Shown piece by piece: positions 51,101 to 58,121 of a stretch of DNA of 64,000 nt (positions within the stretch are counted from its first letter, which is position 1; the number at the start of each line of letters is the position of its first letter). The translations under genes and the position numbers were made by a program. This DNA comes from Bradyrhizobium sp. (GTDB lineage: Bacteria > Pseudomonadota > Alphaproteobacteria > Rhizobiales > Beijerinckiaceae): contig JANLPL010000250.1 in NCBI GenBank assembly GCA_031367195.1, forward strand, positions 12,569 to 76,568. The letters are read 5' to 3'. Under the pieces are notes generated by a model, which was not told the DNA's origin, ran no database searches, and saw nothing but the letters and a program-made list of their open reading frames with translations.

Positions 51101-54100
51101 AAGGAGGGCATAGCGCTCTCTCTGCGCGGGCTCGAAAAGTTCGAGGAATTGGCGGCTTTCGGCTATGCCGAGCGCGCCGTTTCGCCCGCCTTGCACGACG
51201 CCTATTTCGGCGGAATGGTCGTTTGGCTCACCTCCGACAAGCCTTTGCGCGAGGTGAAGCCCGAGGCGCGCGCGCAGTTCGAGCAGGCGGTCGGCGGAGA
51301 AAGCAGCGTCGTCGGCGCGCAGGCGCTCGCCTGGGGCTCGCTGATGCGCAACGACTGGGGTCAGGCGCGCAAATGGTTCGAGACCGCCATCGACTGGAGC
51401 GGCTTCGACGCGCTGGCGCCGCAGGGACCGCAGGACGCCGACCATTCCAAGCTGGTTGAGGGCTATGTACAGGCCTTGCGCGCCAGCGGCGAACTCGGCC
51501 GCGCCGAGGACGTCGCCTATATCTGGCGCGACGAGAGTCTGACGCTCGGCGGCCTTTACCTCGAAATTTTCACGCAGGAACTCTCGGCTGACAAAGCCGA
51601 TCTCACCGACGAGCGGATCGCGCGCTTCGCCGCCGTCGCGGAAGCGCGCCGCTCGCCGCCGGCCGCCGGCGCGCTGGGCTGGCGCGCCTATCGCGGCAAG
51701 ACGTTCGCGGACGCGATAAGCTGGTTCGAGAAGGCGATTCACTGGTCGCCGAGCGGCAAAGGCGACGCCAAACTCGACGAGGGTTACGCGCTGTCGCTGC
51801 GCGCGAGCGGCCGGTTGGTCGAGGCGGAGGATTTCGCCTGGGATCACCGGGCCGAATCGCGCGAAATTCGCACCGCCTATGTCGCCGCCTTCTCCGATCA
51901 ATTGCTCGATCCAAAACTGTCGCCGAAATTGTCGGCGCTGCGGCTCGCCCGTTTCGGGCAGATCGTGACGTCGGACAAAATTTCCACCGGCGCCTCCGCA
52001 CTCGGCTGGCGGCGCATCCAGGACGGCAATTGCGGCTATTCGCTCGGCTGGTTCCGTAAGGCGATCGCGTGGTCGGAGGGCGGGCGCGGCGACGACAAGC
52101 TCTATTCCGGTTTCGCGCAAGGGTTGCGCGCGGTCGGCATGTTCAACGAAGCCGAGGACGCCGCCTTCACCTGGGCCGATCGTTCGGCCGAGGCGCACGA
52201 ACTCTACATCAACATCGTCATCGAGGAATTGACCCGGCAATGGCCGCGCGTGCCGATGAATGAGACGCGCACCGCCCGTTTCGCCGGCCTCGTGCAGGCC
52301 GATCGTTCGACGCCCGGTGCGCAGGCGCTCGGCTGGCGGCGTTACATGCAGGCCGGCTGCGGCTATGGCGGGCGCTGGTTCGAACTCGCGGCGAACTGGG
52401 CTCCCGACCGGCGCGGCGACGCCCATCTCAACGAAGGCTATGCGCTGACCCTGCGCGCGACCGGACGCCTCACGCGCGCCGAATCCATCGCCTATCCCTG
52501 GATCGAGCGCGCCCCGGCGATGAAGAAGCTTTATATCGACGTCGCCGTCGAGGAATTGTCGCGCGACAATCCGCCCGAGCCGATCCCGGAGACGCGCGTG
52601 GCCGCGTTCGAGACCGTCTTCGCCTCTATCCATTCCGCGCTCGGTGCGCAGGCGCTGGGCTGGTACCGTTTCGCGCGCCACGAGAACGAGGGCGCGGCGC
52701 ACTGGTTCCAGCTTGCGCTCGACTGGTGGCCCTCGCTGCCGCCCGACGCCAACCAGAAGCTCGCGACGCCGGTCGACGACTACAAGCCGATCCTGGCCCA
52801 GCTCGCGCTGCGCCCCGAGGATTACCGCCGCACGCCGCGAGCCTATCCCAATTCCTCGCTGCTGATCGGTCACAGCCTGGAATCCTACGTCAACACCGAG
52901 GCCGGCCTCGCCAAGACGGTCGAGGGCTACGTGCGGGCGCTGTTCGCGCTGTCGCGTTACGATCAGGCCGAGGCGCTCGCACTTCGCTGGGCGGACCGCT
53001 GGCCGCCTCTGCGCGGCCTGCTGATCGACATGGCGGCCGCCCAACTCGGCGCGCCCGACGCCGACCGGATCCAGCCCGATCGCCTGGCCCGCTTCGCCAA
53101 GCTGATCGAAGACGGCCACTCGCCGACCGGCGCCGAGGCGCTCGGTTGGCGCGCCTACAAGGCGAAAGACTATGTCGCCTCCGCGCGCTGGTTCCGCTCC
53201 GCCGTCGATTGGCGGCCGGCGGACGGCAAGATGAGCTTCGAAGTCGTGCGTGGCCTTGCCGATTCGCTTGGCAATCTGAAGCAATATGACGAGGCGCTGA
53301 ACGTGGTTTCGACCTGGCGCGCGCGGATGCCGGAACTCGACGACGTCGGTGTCGAAATCGGGCTCGACAGCGTGAAGGCGCTCGATCCAACTTCCCCGAC
53401 CGCGATTGCGCGGATTCAGGAGATCGCCGCCAACGTCAGCAAGACCCATTCCACCAGCGGCGCGCTGTCGCTGGGATGGCTCGCCTATGGCCGCAAGGAA
53501 CATCCCGGCGCCGAAGCCTGGTTCCGCAAAGCGATCGAATGGACGCCCACCGGCGGCGATCCCGATCCCAAGGCGCTTGAAGGCTACGCCCGCGCCTTGC
53601 AGGGCGAGCAGCGGTTTGACGATTTCATGCGCTTCACCGGCGAATGGAGCGAGCGCAGCGCCACGCTCAAACCGCTGTATCTCGAAGCGGCGGCGCAGAC
53701 GCTCGCGGTCGCCGCCGCCAATGGCGAAGACGTTCCCACCGATACGCTGGCGCGCGCCGGCAAGGCTTTCGCCGAGGCGCGCTCCTTCGCGGGCGCGCAG
53801 GCGCTCGCCTGGCAGCGCATTTCCCGCAAGGACTGGATCGCCGCCGCCGCCTGGTTCCAGGCGGCGCGCAATTGGTCGAAGGCTTCCGAGGAAGACCCCA
53901 AGACGACGGAAGGCCTAATCATCGCGCTGCGCAGCCTAAAGCGCGACGACGAGGCCGAGGCGCTCGCTTATCGCGGGGCAAGCCACGACGAAGTCCTGCG
54001 CGGGCTTTATCTCGAAATCGTCGCCGACCGGCTGACCCGCAGCCCTCCCTCGCCGCCCGATGAGAATGGCATGCGTCGCTATGCCGAGACCGCCATCGCG

Positions 54101-54871
54101 GCAAAGTCCGGCAATGGCGCGCAGGCGCTTGGTTGGTACTCCTACAACGCCCGGCAATATTCCGCCGCTGTAGCGTGGTTCGAGAAGGCGATTTCGTTCG
54201 AGCCGACCGAGAACGCCGCGCTCGGCCTCGCCTTCGCCTATCGCAAGATCGGCGACCGAGCGAATTACGCACGCGTCATACAAGCCTATCGCGAAACCTA
54301 CGCCAAGATCGCCGAACTCGGCGGCCGGCGCGGTTCGACGCGCGAACGCCGCGCGGCGTTCGAGAGCGACGTGGCGCCGATCAAGCGTTTCCGCGCCACG
54401 CTGTCCGAATATCCCGCTCGGCGCGTGACGTCGCAGGGCGCGGGCGCCGGCGGGGGGAGCGCGCTCGGCTGGCGGCTCCTCAACCAAAGCCGGCCGATCG
54501 AGGCAGCGCAAGCGTTCGAGTCGGCGCTCCAGACGACGACCGGGCGGGCGCGCCAGGACGCGGCTTACGGGCGCTCGCTGGCGTTGCTGGCGGCCGGCGA
54601 CACCGGCGCGGCGGGGCGCTCGGCCGCCTCCATCGACCTCAATAAGCAACAACGCAACGAGGTCGGCGTGCAACTGCTCGCCCGCCGCGCCTGGGACGCC
54701 TACAACGCCGACCGCTACGCCGAGGCGCTGCATTGGCTCGACCGCCGCGCCGCTTTCGCGCCAGAGACCCGCGATCTCATTCAGATGCGCGCGTGGTGCC
54801 TGCAACGGCTCGGACGGACCGAACAGTCGAGCGCAATTCAGTCGCAGCTCGACCAACAATTGTCGCCGTAA
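45104..54871 (+). CDS. Giant secreted TPR-like protein of cellulose operon (BcsC/CelG-like, 3255 aa)
   Basis: Signal peptide; about 25 ALGW..WF..A..W helical modules; located between bcsZ and bcsN; no beta-barrel-like C-terminus seen. Confidence 0.88.
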   Translation: MLKWRLVFACMLAASLGAAPARAQKPSAAAEPAVVEFVAKGDAGLLPTPGPNGGPPVDAPYPHIYQAPLFGTLFAVSSSEAAVDESALRYYASLHNFVRANAEIKRLKSLHPNWTPPTNIYSTAGAGADEQPFWDLLAADRFEELRAGIALKERSKPGWKPSRDLLTKIARKSDIETLVRNSNEKKPAEALAVADGDPSILHCAYMDANWRVADAFLDVGLPKRAFEIYHAIIATCPDHDERLTTVRKAISRFSFAQTASLIAMGAKSADGATEFDAAKIDLTRARIAAVNQGESKEAIGPEALADFFAEASRTKVRADLGLAGWFEYNRDQFDKAEHWFSLVSLGRPAGADATAVNLAEGRALSLLKLGRVEDALNLSYIWRNVSKTMRETYIGASASLLTRASPPPDVSEKALADFVAIVETDRSTVGAQAIGWYRYNSGEWDDAALWFKSTLVWTGVDDAAGPRDRQVDAEVASLIEGYGRALAHAHRMDEATRLADRWRVGGAALETVFVNLMSGAIEAAPSVGVLSPDQLADFADIARARQLVAGAASLGWLHYRSSDYANAIVWFRDAIGWSQQGRGDLGSNQGLALSLKQTGQFAEAEEVAWTFAKDSADMRAIYVSAVVAQLSPDKAALSGGRLNRFIGLVGADRSSVGAQALGWYRLKAGNCAYAAPWFRKATAWSAAGAEDADTARGLALSLKSVGDFALAEDLAYAWRDRDPELRKLYVAIGVEELTSEAPVIAVSEARVRRLSEQVLSDHNLAGARAIGWWRYRQAACGFGGQWLRLAIDWNDADKRDAKTDEGFGLTLRATGRLTQAARLARPWADSVPLMKKLYIDVMVEELSRDNPPEPIDEARLKDFVGVIEPIKSPLGAQALGWYRLERNELDEAARWFKNAIDWWPPQRLDLSKRLSAPVDDYQPILAKLALDIEDYRRTPRAYPNSSSLIGKSTESYVNTEEGFAKTQEGYAQTLRALGRVEEAEAIAWAWRDRWPSLRQLYVYIAADELARADGPEISPERLRRYAAAIEDARSAPAAAAMAWRLLRAKSAEPAAQWFEKALAWAPSEPPDAGLVEGYVAALQGARKFAEADKFAARWRGVSPRFDLIYLKSELASLRASGGADAASAAKYADIESEIDKSRSGEGALSLGWLAYETKDYERALTWFRHAVEWGGDASKSREGVALSLRALERFADLAEFGYAERGVSTAIRDVYYGGMIAWLTADKPLRDVAPEARAHFEQAVLADKSVAAAQALGWGAAMRGEWPASRRWFDNAVAWSGFDPLAVPVKPDADRVKLVEGLVQALRGAGDAARAENVAFVWRDESPALAGLYLQIFTQALAEDATPLAPQRLARFAAYAQSQRSSEAAGALGWRFYRAKAPHDAIGWFERALVWAPEGPPPAKLAEGYALSLRAAGRLLDTENFAYGLVADPDMRAAYISVVVAELAEDKADLAPARLDRFVAVVADARSAIGAQALGWRRLNQDNCVYAAPWFRKARAWSSDATEEAQTTRGLALALRKVGAFAQAEDLAYGWGDRNPEMRSLFVDIGIEELTSEAPVIAMSEPRVRRLSERVLSERHVKGARALAWWRYRQAGCGYGGDWFRLATGWNEDDKRDAKTDEGFGLTLRASGRLARAEALAYPWIDAVPLMKKLYIDVLVEELSRDNPPEPVDEARLKAFVATIEPIKSPLGAQALGWYRLERGELDEAARWFKNAIDWWPPQKPDHSRRLSAPVDDYKPILARLALEHNDYRRTPRAYPNSSSLIGKSTEDYVNTEQGFAKTQEGYVQTLRALGRVEEAEAIAFAWRDRSPSLRALYLDMAATELDRRDGPALAPERLQRFLEAIEADQSPAGAAAMAWRQFRLNAFENASDWFQKALAWSKGAAPPPSLVAGYVMALQGAKKFEAAKSVAEKWRGASVELNLVYVQSELQWLRATGKADNVTAAQFAEIEKTMNGAKSADGALSLAWIAYDVHDYAHALLWFRNAALWGADTVEPKAKEGIALSLRGLEKFEELAAFGYAERAVSPALHDAYFGGMVVWLTSDKPLREVKPEARAQFEQAVGGESSVVGAQALAWGSLMRNDWGQARKWFETAIDWSGFDALAPQGPQDADHSKLVEGYVQALRASGELGRAEDVAYIWRDESLTLGGLYLEIFTQELSADKADLTDERIARFAAVAEARRSPPAAGALGWRAYRGKTFADAISWFEKAIHWSPSGKGDAKLDEGYALSLRASGRLVEAEDFAWDHRAESREIRTAYVAAFSDQLLDPKLSPKLSALRLARFGQIVTSDKISTGASALGWRRIQDGNCGYSLGWFRKAIAWSEGGRGDDKLYSGFAQGLRAVGMFNEAEDAAFTWADRSAEAHELYINIVIEELTRQWPRVPMNETRTARFAGLVQADRSTPGAQALGWRRYMQAGCGYGGRWFELAANWAPDRRGDAHLNEGYALTLRATGRLTRAESIAYPWIERAPAMKKLYIDVAVEELSRDNPPEPIPETRVAAFETVFASIHSALGAQALGWYRFARHENEGAAHWFQLALDWWPSLPPDANQKLATPVDDYKPILAQLALRPEDYRRTPRAYPNSSLLIGHSLESYVNTEAGLAKTVEGYVRALFALSRYDQAEALALRWADRWPPLRGLLIDMAAAQLGAPDADRIQPDRLARFAKLIEDGHSPTGAEALGWRAYKAKDYVASARWFRSAVDWRPADGKMSFEVVRGLADSLGNLKQYDEALNVVSTWRARMPELDDVGVEIGLDSVKALDPTSPTAIARIQEIAANVSKTHSTSGALSLGWLAYGRKEHPGAEAWFRKAIEWTPTGGDPDPKALEGYARALQGEQRFDDFMRFTGEWSERSATLKPLYLEAAAQTLAVAAANGEDVPTDTLARAGKAFAEARSFAGAQALAWQRISRKDWIAAAAWFQAARNWSKASEEDPKTTEGLIIALRSLKRDDEAEALAYRGASHDEVLRGLYLEIVADRLTRSPPSPPDENGMRRYAETAIAAKSGNGAQALGWYSYNARQYSAAVAWFEKAISFEPTENAALGLAFAYRKIGDRANYARVIQAYRETYAKIAELGGRRGSTRERRAAFESDVAPIKRFRATLSEYPARRVTSQGAGAGGGSALGWRLLNQSRPIEAAQAFESALQTTTGRARQDAAYGRSLALLAAGDTGAAGRSAASIDLNKQQRNEVGVQLLARRAWDAYNADRYAEALHWLDRRAAFAPETRDLIQMRAWCLQRLGRTEQSSAIQSQLDQQLSP
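46300..53660 (+). repeat. Three tandem intragenic repeats of ~2.45 kb (817 and 822 aa spacing), boundaries approximate
   Basis: RRTPRAYPNSS starts at 47909, 50360, 52826; C..Y..WF and CG[FY]GG motifs recur with the same period. Confidence 0.92.
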
Positions 54872-54978
54872 GGGAATCGTCAACCAAAACGCAAGCATTG
54901 TTTGCTAACCATAGGGAAGCTTGGCGGCGGGTTCGGCCTGACGACAAGGCAATGTTCGGCGTTTGTCGGGTGCGTGAA

Positions 54979-56082
54979 ATGCGGATGGAAGTTTCTGCCT
55001 GTTGGCGGGGGCGCAACGGCGCGTCGCGGCGCGCCCTGGCCTTTCTGTTCATCGCCGGACTCGCCGGTTGTTCGGCCGCCCCGAACGAAACGCGCGCGGG
55101 CTACGAAGCTGTCTCGGAAATCACTCCGGCGACTGATGGCCGAACTCCGATGGCGGAACTGCCGGTCGCTGCCGGCGCGGTGGTCGCCCTCCTGCAAAGT
55201 CAGGTGCGCGGAATCCTCACCCAACGCATCGTGTTGCGCGGCGACCCCGGCACGCTGGGCGAAAACGCCATCGTCGTCAAAGTCGATCAATCGCGAGGGC
55301 CCTCGGATCTCGGCCGAGTCGGCACGCCGACCAAGGCGATGATCGCAAAGGAGCTCGACGAGAATTTCGCCGGCGTCGATATGCAGCTTTCGCAGACTTT
55401 CGCGCGCAACGGTTTTGGGCCGTTCGGCTATGCGATCGGTCATCCGCGCGAGAGCGTGACCTGCATCTACGCTTGGCAATGGAGCCTGTGGAAGACGCCG
55501 CGCATCGGCGAGGCGCCGACCGGGGCGCCTTCATTGCCGGTGCAGCCGACCTCGGTGCGCGTCCGGCTCTGCCGCTCTTCCCTTGGCGAGGCCGAAATTC
55601 TGCCGCTGCTGCGCGACATGCAGGTTTACCCGCAGGATTCGCGCGTCGCCTATCTCGATCCGAACTCAACGGGCGCGGAGACAGGCGGCGACGCGCTCGC
55701 GGCGGCGGGCGTCGGCTATTTCGTCGTGCCGGGGGCCACCCCCCGGTTCGCCACGACGCGCGAGCGATTGGCCGCGCCGCACCGACACGCCCACCGCAAA
55801 GTCGTCAGGCGCGTTCGCCATCGCGTGCGCGAAGCGGCGCGCGAGGAGCGCGCGGTCGCGTTCGATCCGCCGTCGCGCGACTCGGTCGCGGTGCCGATGC
55901 CAGCGGGCGGCGCCGCGCCGACGACAGCCTCTATGGCCGCCAATCCGCTGCTGGCGCCGCTCGCGGCCGCTTCGGCGCCGCGCGCGCGCAGCGACGATAT
56001 GCCGTTGCCGCGCCGCGCCGCCGCAACGGACCAGCCTTCCTCGCCCGCGCCGCGCTCCGCTTCGATCCCGCTGCCCAATTGA
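54979..56082 (+). CDS. bcsN: Cellulose biosynthesis lipoprotein BcsN
   Basis: Lipobox LAGC; QRIVLRG..GENAI, NGFGPFGYA, CIYAWQ, SVRVRLC; Pro/Ala-rich tail. Confidence 0.82.
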   Translation: MRMEVSACWRGRNGASRRALAFLFIAGLAGCSAAPNETRAGYEAVSEITPATDGRTPMAELPVAAGAVVALLQSQVRGILTQRIVLRGDPGTLGENAIVVKVDQSRGPSDLGRVGTPTKAMIAKELDENFAGVDMQLSQTFARNGFGPFGYAIGHPRESVTCIYAWQWSLWKTPRIGEAPTGAPSLPVQPTSVRVRLCRSSLGEAEILPLLRDMQVYPQDSRVAYLDPNSTGAETGGDALAAAGVGYFVVPGATPRFATTRERLAAPHRHAHRKVVRRVRHRVREAAREERAVAFDPPSRDSVAVPMPAGGAAPTTASMAANPLLAPLAAASAPRARSDDMPLPRRAAATDQPSSPAPRSASIPLPN

Positions 56083-56312
56083 ACCGCGCCGGCCAACCGG
56101 CTTCGCCGCGCCGGGAGCGACGGCCCGGCCCGGTCATTGTCCCTTCGTTCAGCCTAATTCGCGTTTCCCATTGTCTCGACGCTGCAAGGCTCGTGCAAGA
56201 CCGGGGCGCGCTGTGACTTGTTAACGCGACTTCGGCTTTGATGGGGACTGGCGCCCACTGCAAAAGTTCTTCCTTCCGGCGGGGAGCGCTCCTTATAAGC
56301 GGACAGGGTTGC

Positions 56313-57677
56313 ATGCCGAAGCTCAACGATGCTCTGTTGCTGCCGTGCGGAGCGCGGTTGGCCAACCGCCTCGCCAAGGCGGCGATAACCGAAGGCCTCG
56401 CCGACGAGCGCGGCTGGCCTTCGGCCGAGCTCGAGCGCCTCTACGAGGGCTGGTCGGACGCGGGCTTCGGCCTGATGATCTCGGGCAACATCATCGTCGA
56501 CGCAAATCATCTGGAGCGGCCCGGCAACGTCATCATTGAGCGCGACAATCCCGCGCAGGCGAAGTCGCTGCGAAGCTGGACCGCCTGCGCGACGCGCGGC
56601 GGCGCGCATTTCTGGGCGCAGCTCTCCCATTCCGGCCGGCAGACGCCCAAGACCGTGAACCGCTATCCGCTTTCCGTCTCAAACGTGCAGATGGGTTTGC
56701 CGAGCGTCCTGTTCGGCAAACCGCTGGCGATGACGGTGGGCGAGATTCATCTCGTGATCGAAAAATTCGCCGCCGCCGCCGCCGTCTGCAAGGCGACCGG
56801 CTTCACTGGCGTGCAGATTCACGCCGCGCACGGCTATCTCCTCGGCTCGTTCCTGGCGCCCAACGTCAACAACCGTACCGACCCCTGGGGCGGGCCGCTC
56901 GAAAATCGCGCCCGTTTGTTGCTCGAAGTGGTCGCGGCGACGCGCAAGCGCGTCGGGCGAAACTTCCCCATTTCGGTCAAGCTCAACTCCGCCGATTTCC
57001 AACGCGGCGGCTTCAATAGGCAGGACAGTCTGATGGTCGGACGCTGGCTCGAGGCGGCCGGCGTCGATCTGCTGGAGATTTCCGGCGGCTCCTACGAAAG
57101 CCCTGTGATGATCGGCGCCACCGGCGTCGGCGCCGACTGCGAGCCGCCGCTCAAACCGTCCACGGCGGCGCGCGAGGCCTATTTCTTCGAGTTCGCGCGC
57201 GCCCTGCGCCAGGAACTGAAAATCCCGGTGATGTTGACCGGGGGCCTGCGAAGCCGCTCAGGCATGCAGGCCGCGCTCGACGAAGGCGTCGATATGTTGG
57301 GCGTAGCGCGCCCGGTCTGCGTCGATCAGCGCTGCGTCCGCGGCCTGCTTTCGGGCGAGATCGACCGGCTCGAGTCCTGGGAAGTGAACCTCAGGCGCGC
57401 GAAAGGGTTGTTCAGCTCGAATTCGCCGCTGCCGCTGCTCGGCGTACTCGCTAATTTCGCCGGCATTTACTGGTTCTACGCGCAATTGAATCGGCTCGGG
57501 AAGGGCAAGGCGCCCGACATCAGGCTGTGGCCGCCGCGCGCGATGGTGGAAGTCACCATGGCCGAAAACGCCAATCTGGCGCGGCGTCGGCGGTTCCAGC
57601 AATCAGAAGCGGCGTTGGTCGCCGACAAGCCGACACTCGAGAGGATCGCTAGGGCGATGAGCAAAAAGGCCGCGTGA
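56313..57677 (+). CDS. NADH:flavin oxidoreductase (old yellow enzyme family)
   Basis: NRLAKAA, AQLSHSGRQ, QIHAAHGYLL, NNRTDPWGG.LENRAR, VKLNSADF, LEISGG. Confidence 0.92.
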   Translation: MPKLNDALLLPCGARLANRLAKAAITEGLADERGWPSAELERLYEGWSDAGFGLMISGNIIVDANHLERPGNVIIERDNPAQAKSLRSWTACATRGGAHFWAQLSHSGRQTPKTVNRYPLSVSNVQMGLPSVLFGKPLAMTVGEIHLVIEKFAAAAAVCKATGFTGVQIHAAHGYLLGSFLAPNVNNRTDPWGGPLENRARLLLEVVAATRKRVGRNFPISVKLNSADFQRGGFNRQDSLMVGRWLEAAGVDLLEISGGSYESPVMIGATGVGADCEPPLKPSTAAREAYFFEFARALRQELKIPVMLTGGLRSRSGMQAALDEGVDMLGVARPVCVDQRCVRGLLSGEIDRLESWEVNLRRAKGLFSSNSPLPLLGVLANFAGIYWFYAQLNRLGKGKAPDIRLWPPRAMVEVTMAENANLARRRRFQQSEAALVADKPTLERIARAMSKKAA

Positions 57678-57692
57678 GCGCGCTAGCGCTGT

Positions 57693-58121
57693 TCACCTCG
57701 GCGCGAGGTAACCTACGGGGTCGAGCAACGTCTCGCCCTTGCGTAGTTCGAAATGCAGACCCGGCCGCTTGGCGTCGCCGGACTGGCCGGACTTGCCGAT
57801 GATCTGTCCGCGCTTGACCGCGACGCCCCTGGACACTGTCATGTCGGCGAGATGCGCGTAGGTCGTCACATATTCGTCGGCGTGGCGGATTACGACCATA
57901 CGCCCGAACGTGGCCAGTTCATCGCCGGCATAGATCACGTCGCCATCAGCGGCGGCGTGGACGGCTTCGCCGAGCGGCGTTGTGATGTCGATGCCGCGCC
58001 CGTCGTGAGCTTTTGCGGTACTGCCGATCAGCGGCCAGCGGAATTTCGGTAGCGGCGCATCCCTGACGAAAGCGCCGCCGCCCACAATCAATGCGAGCGC
58101 GAACAGCCCGCCCCGCCTCAA
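57693..58121 (-). CDS. Stand-alone M23/LytM domain protein, apparently catalytically degenerate
   Basis: FRWP, GIDI, AAADGDVIYAG, YAHL, GLHFELR; N-terminal hydrophobic stretch; TTG start overlaps pntB stop. Confidence 0.82.
   Translation of the reverse strand: MRRGGLFALALIVGGGAFVRDAPLPKFRWPLIGSTAKAHDGRGIDITTPLGEAVHAAADGDVIYAGDELATFGRMVVIRHADEYVTTYAHLADMTVSRGVAVKRGQIIGKSGQSGDAKRPGLHFELRKGETLLDPVGYLAPR

Noticed and set aside
48641-53503. 1620-aa and other long antisense ORFs (e.g. 46856-48610, 53936-54898) opposite the giant TPR gene
   Set aside because: Shadow frames typical of high-GC coding DNA; no motifs, and they mirror the sense-strand repeat
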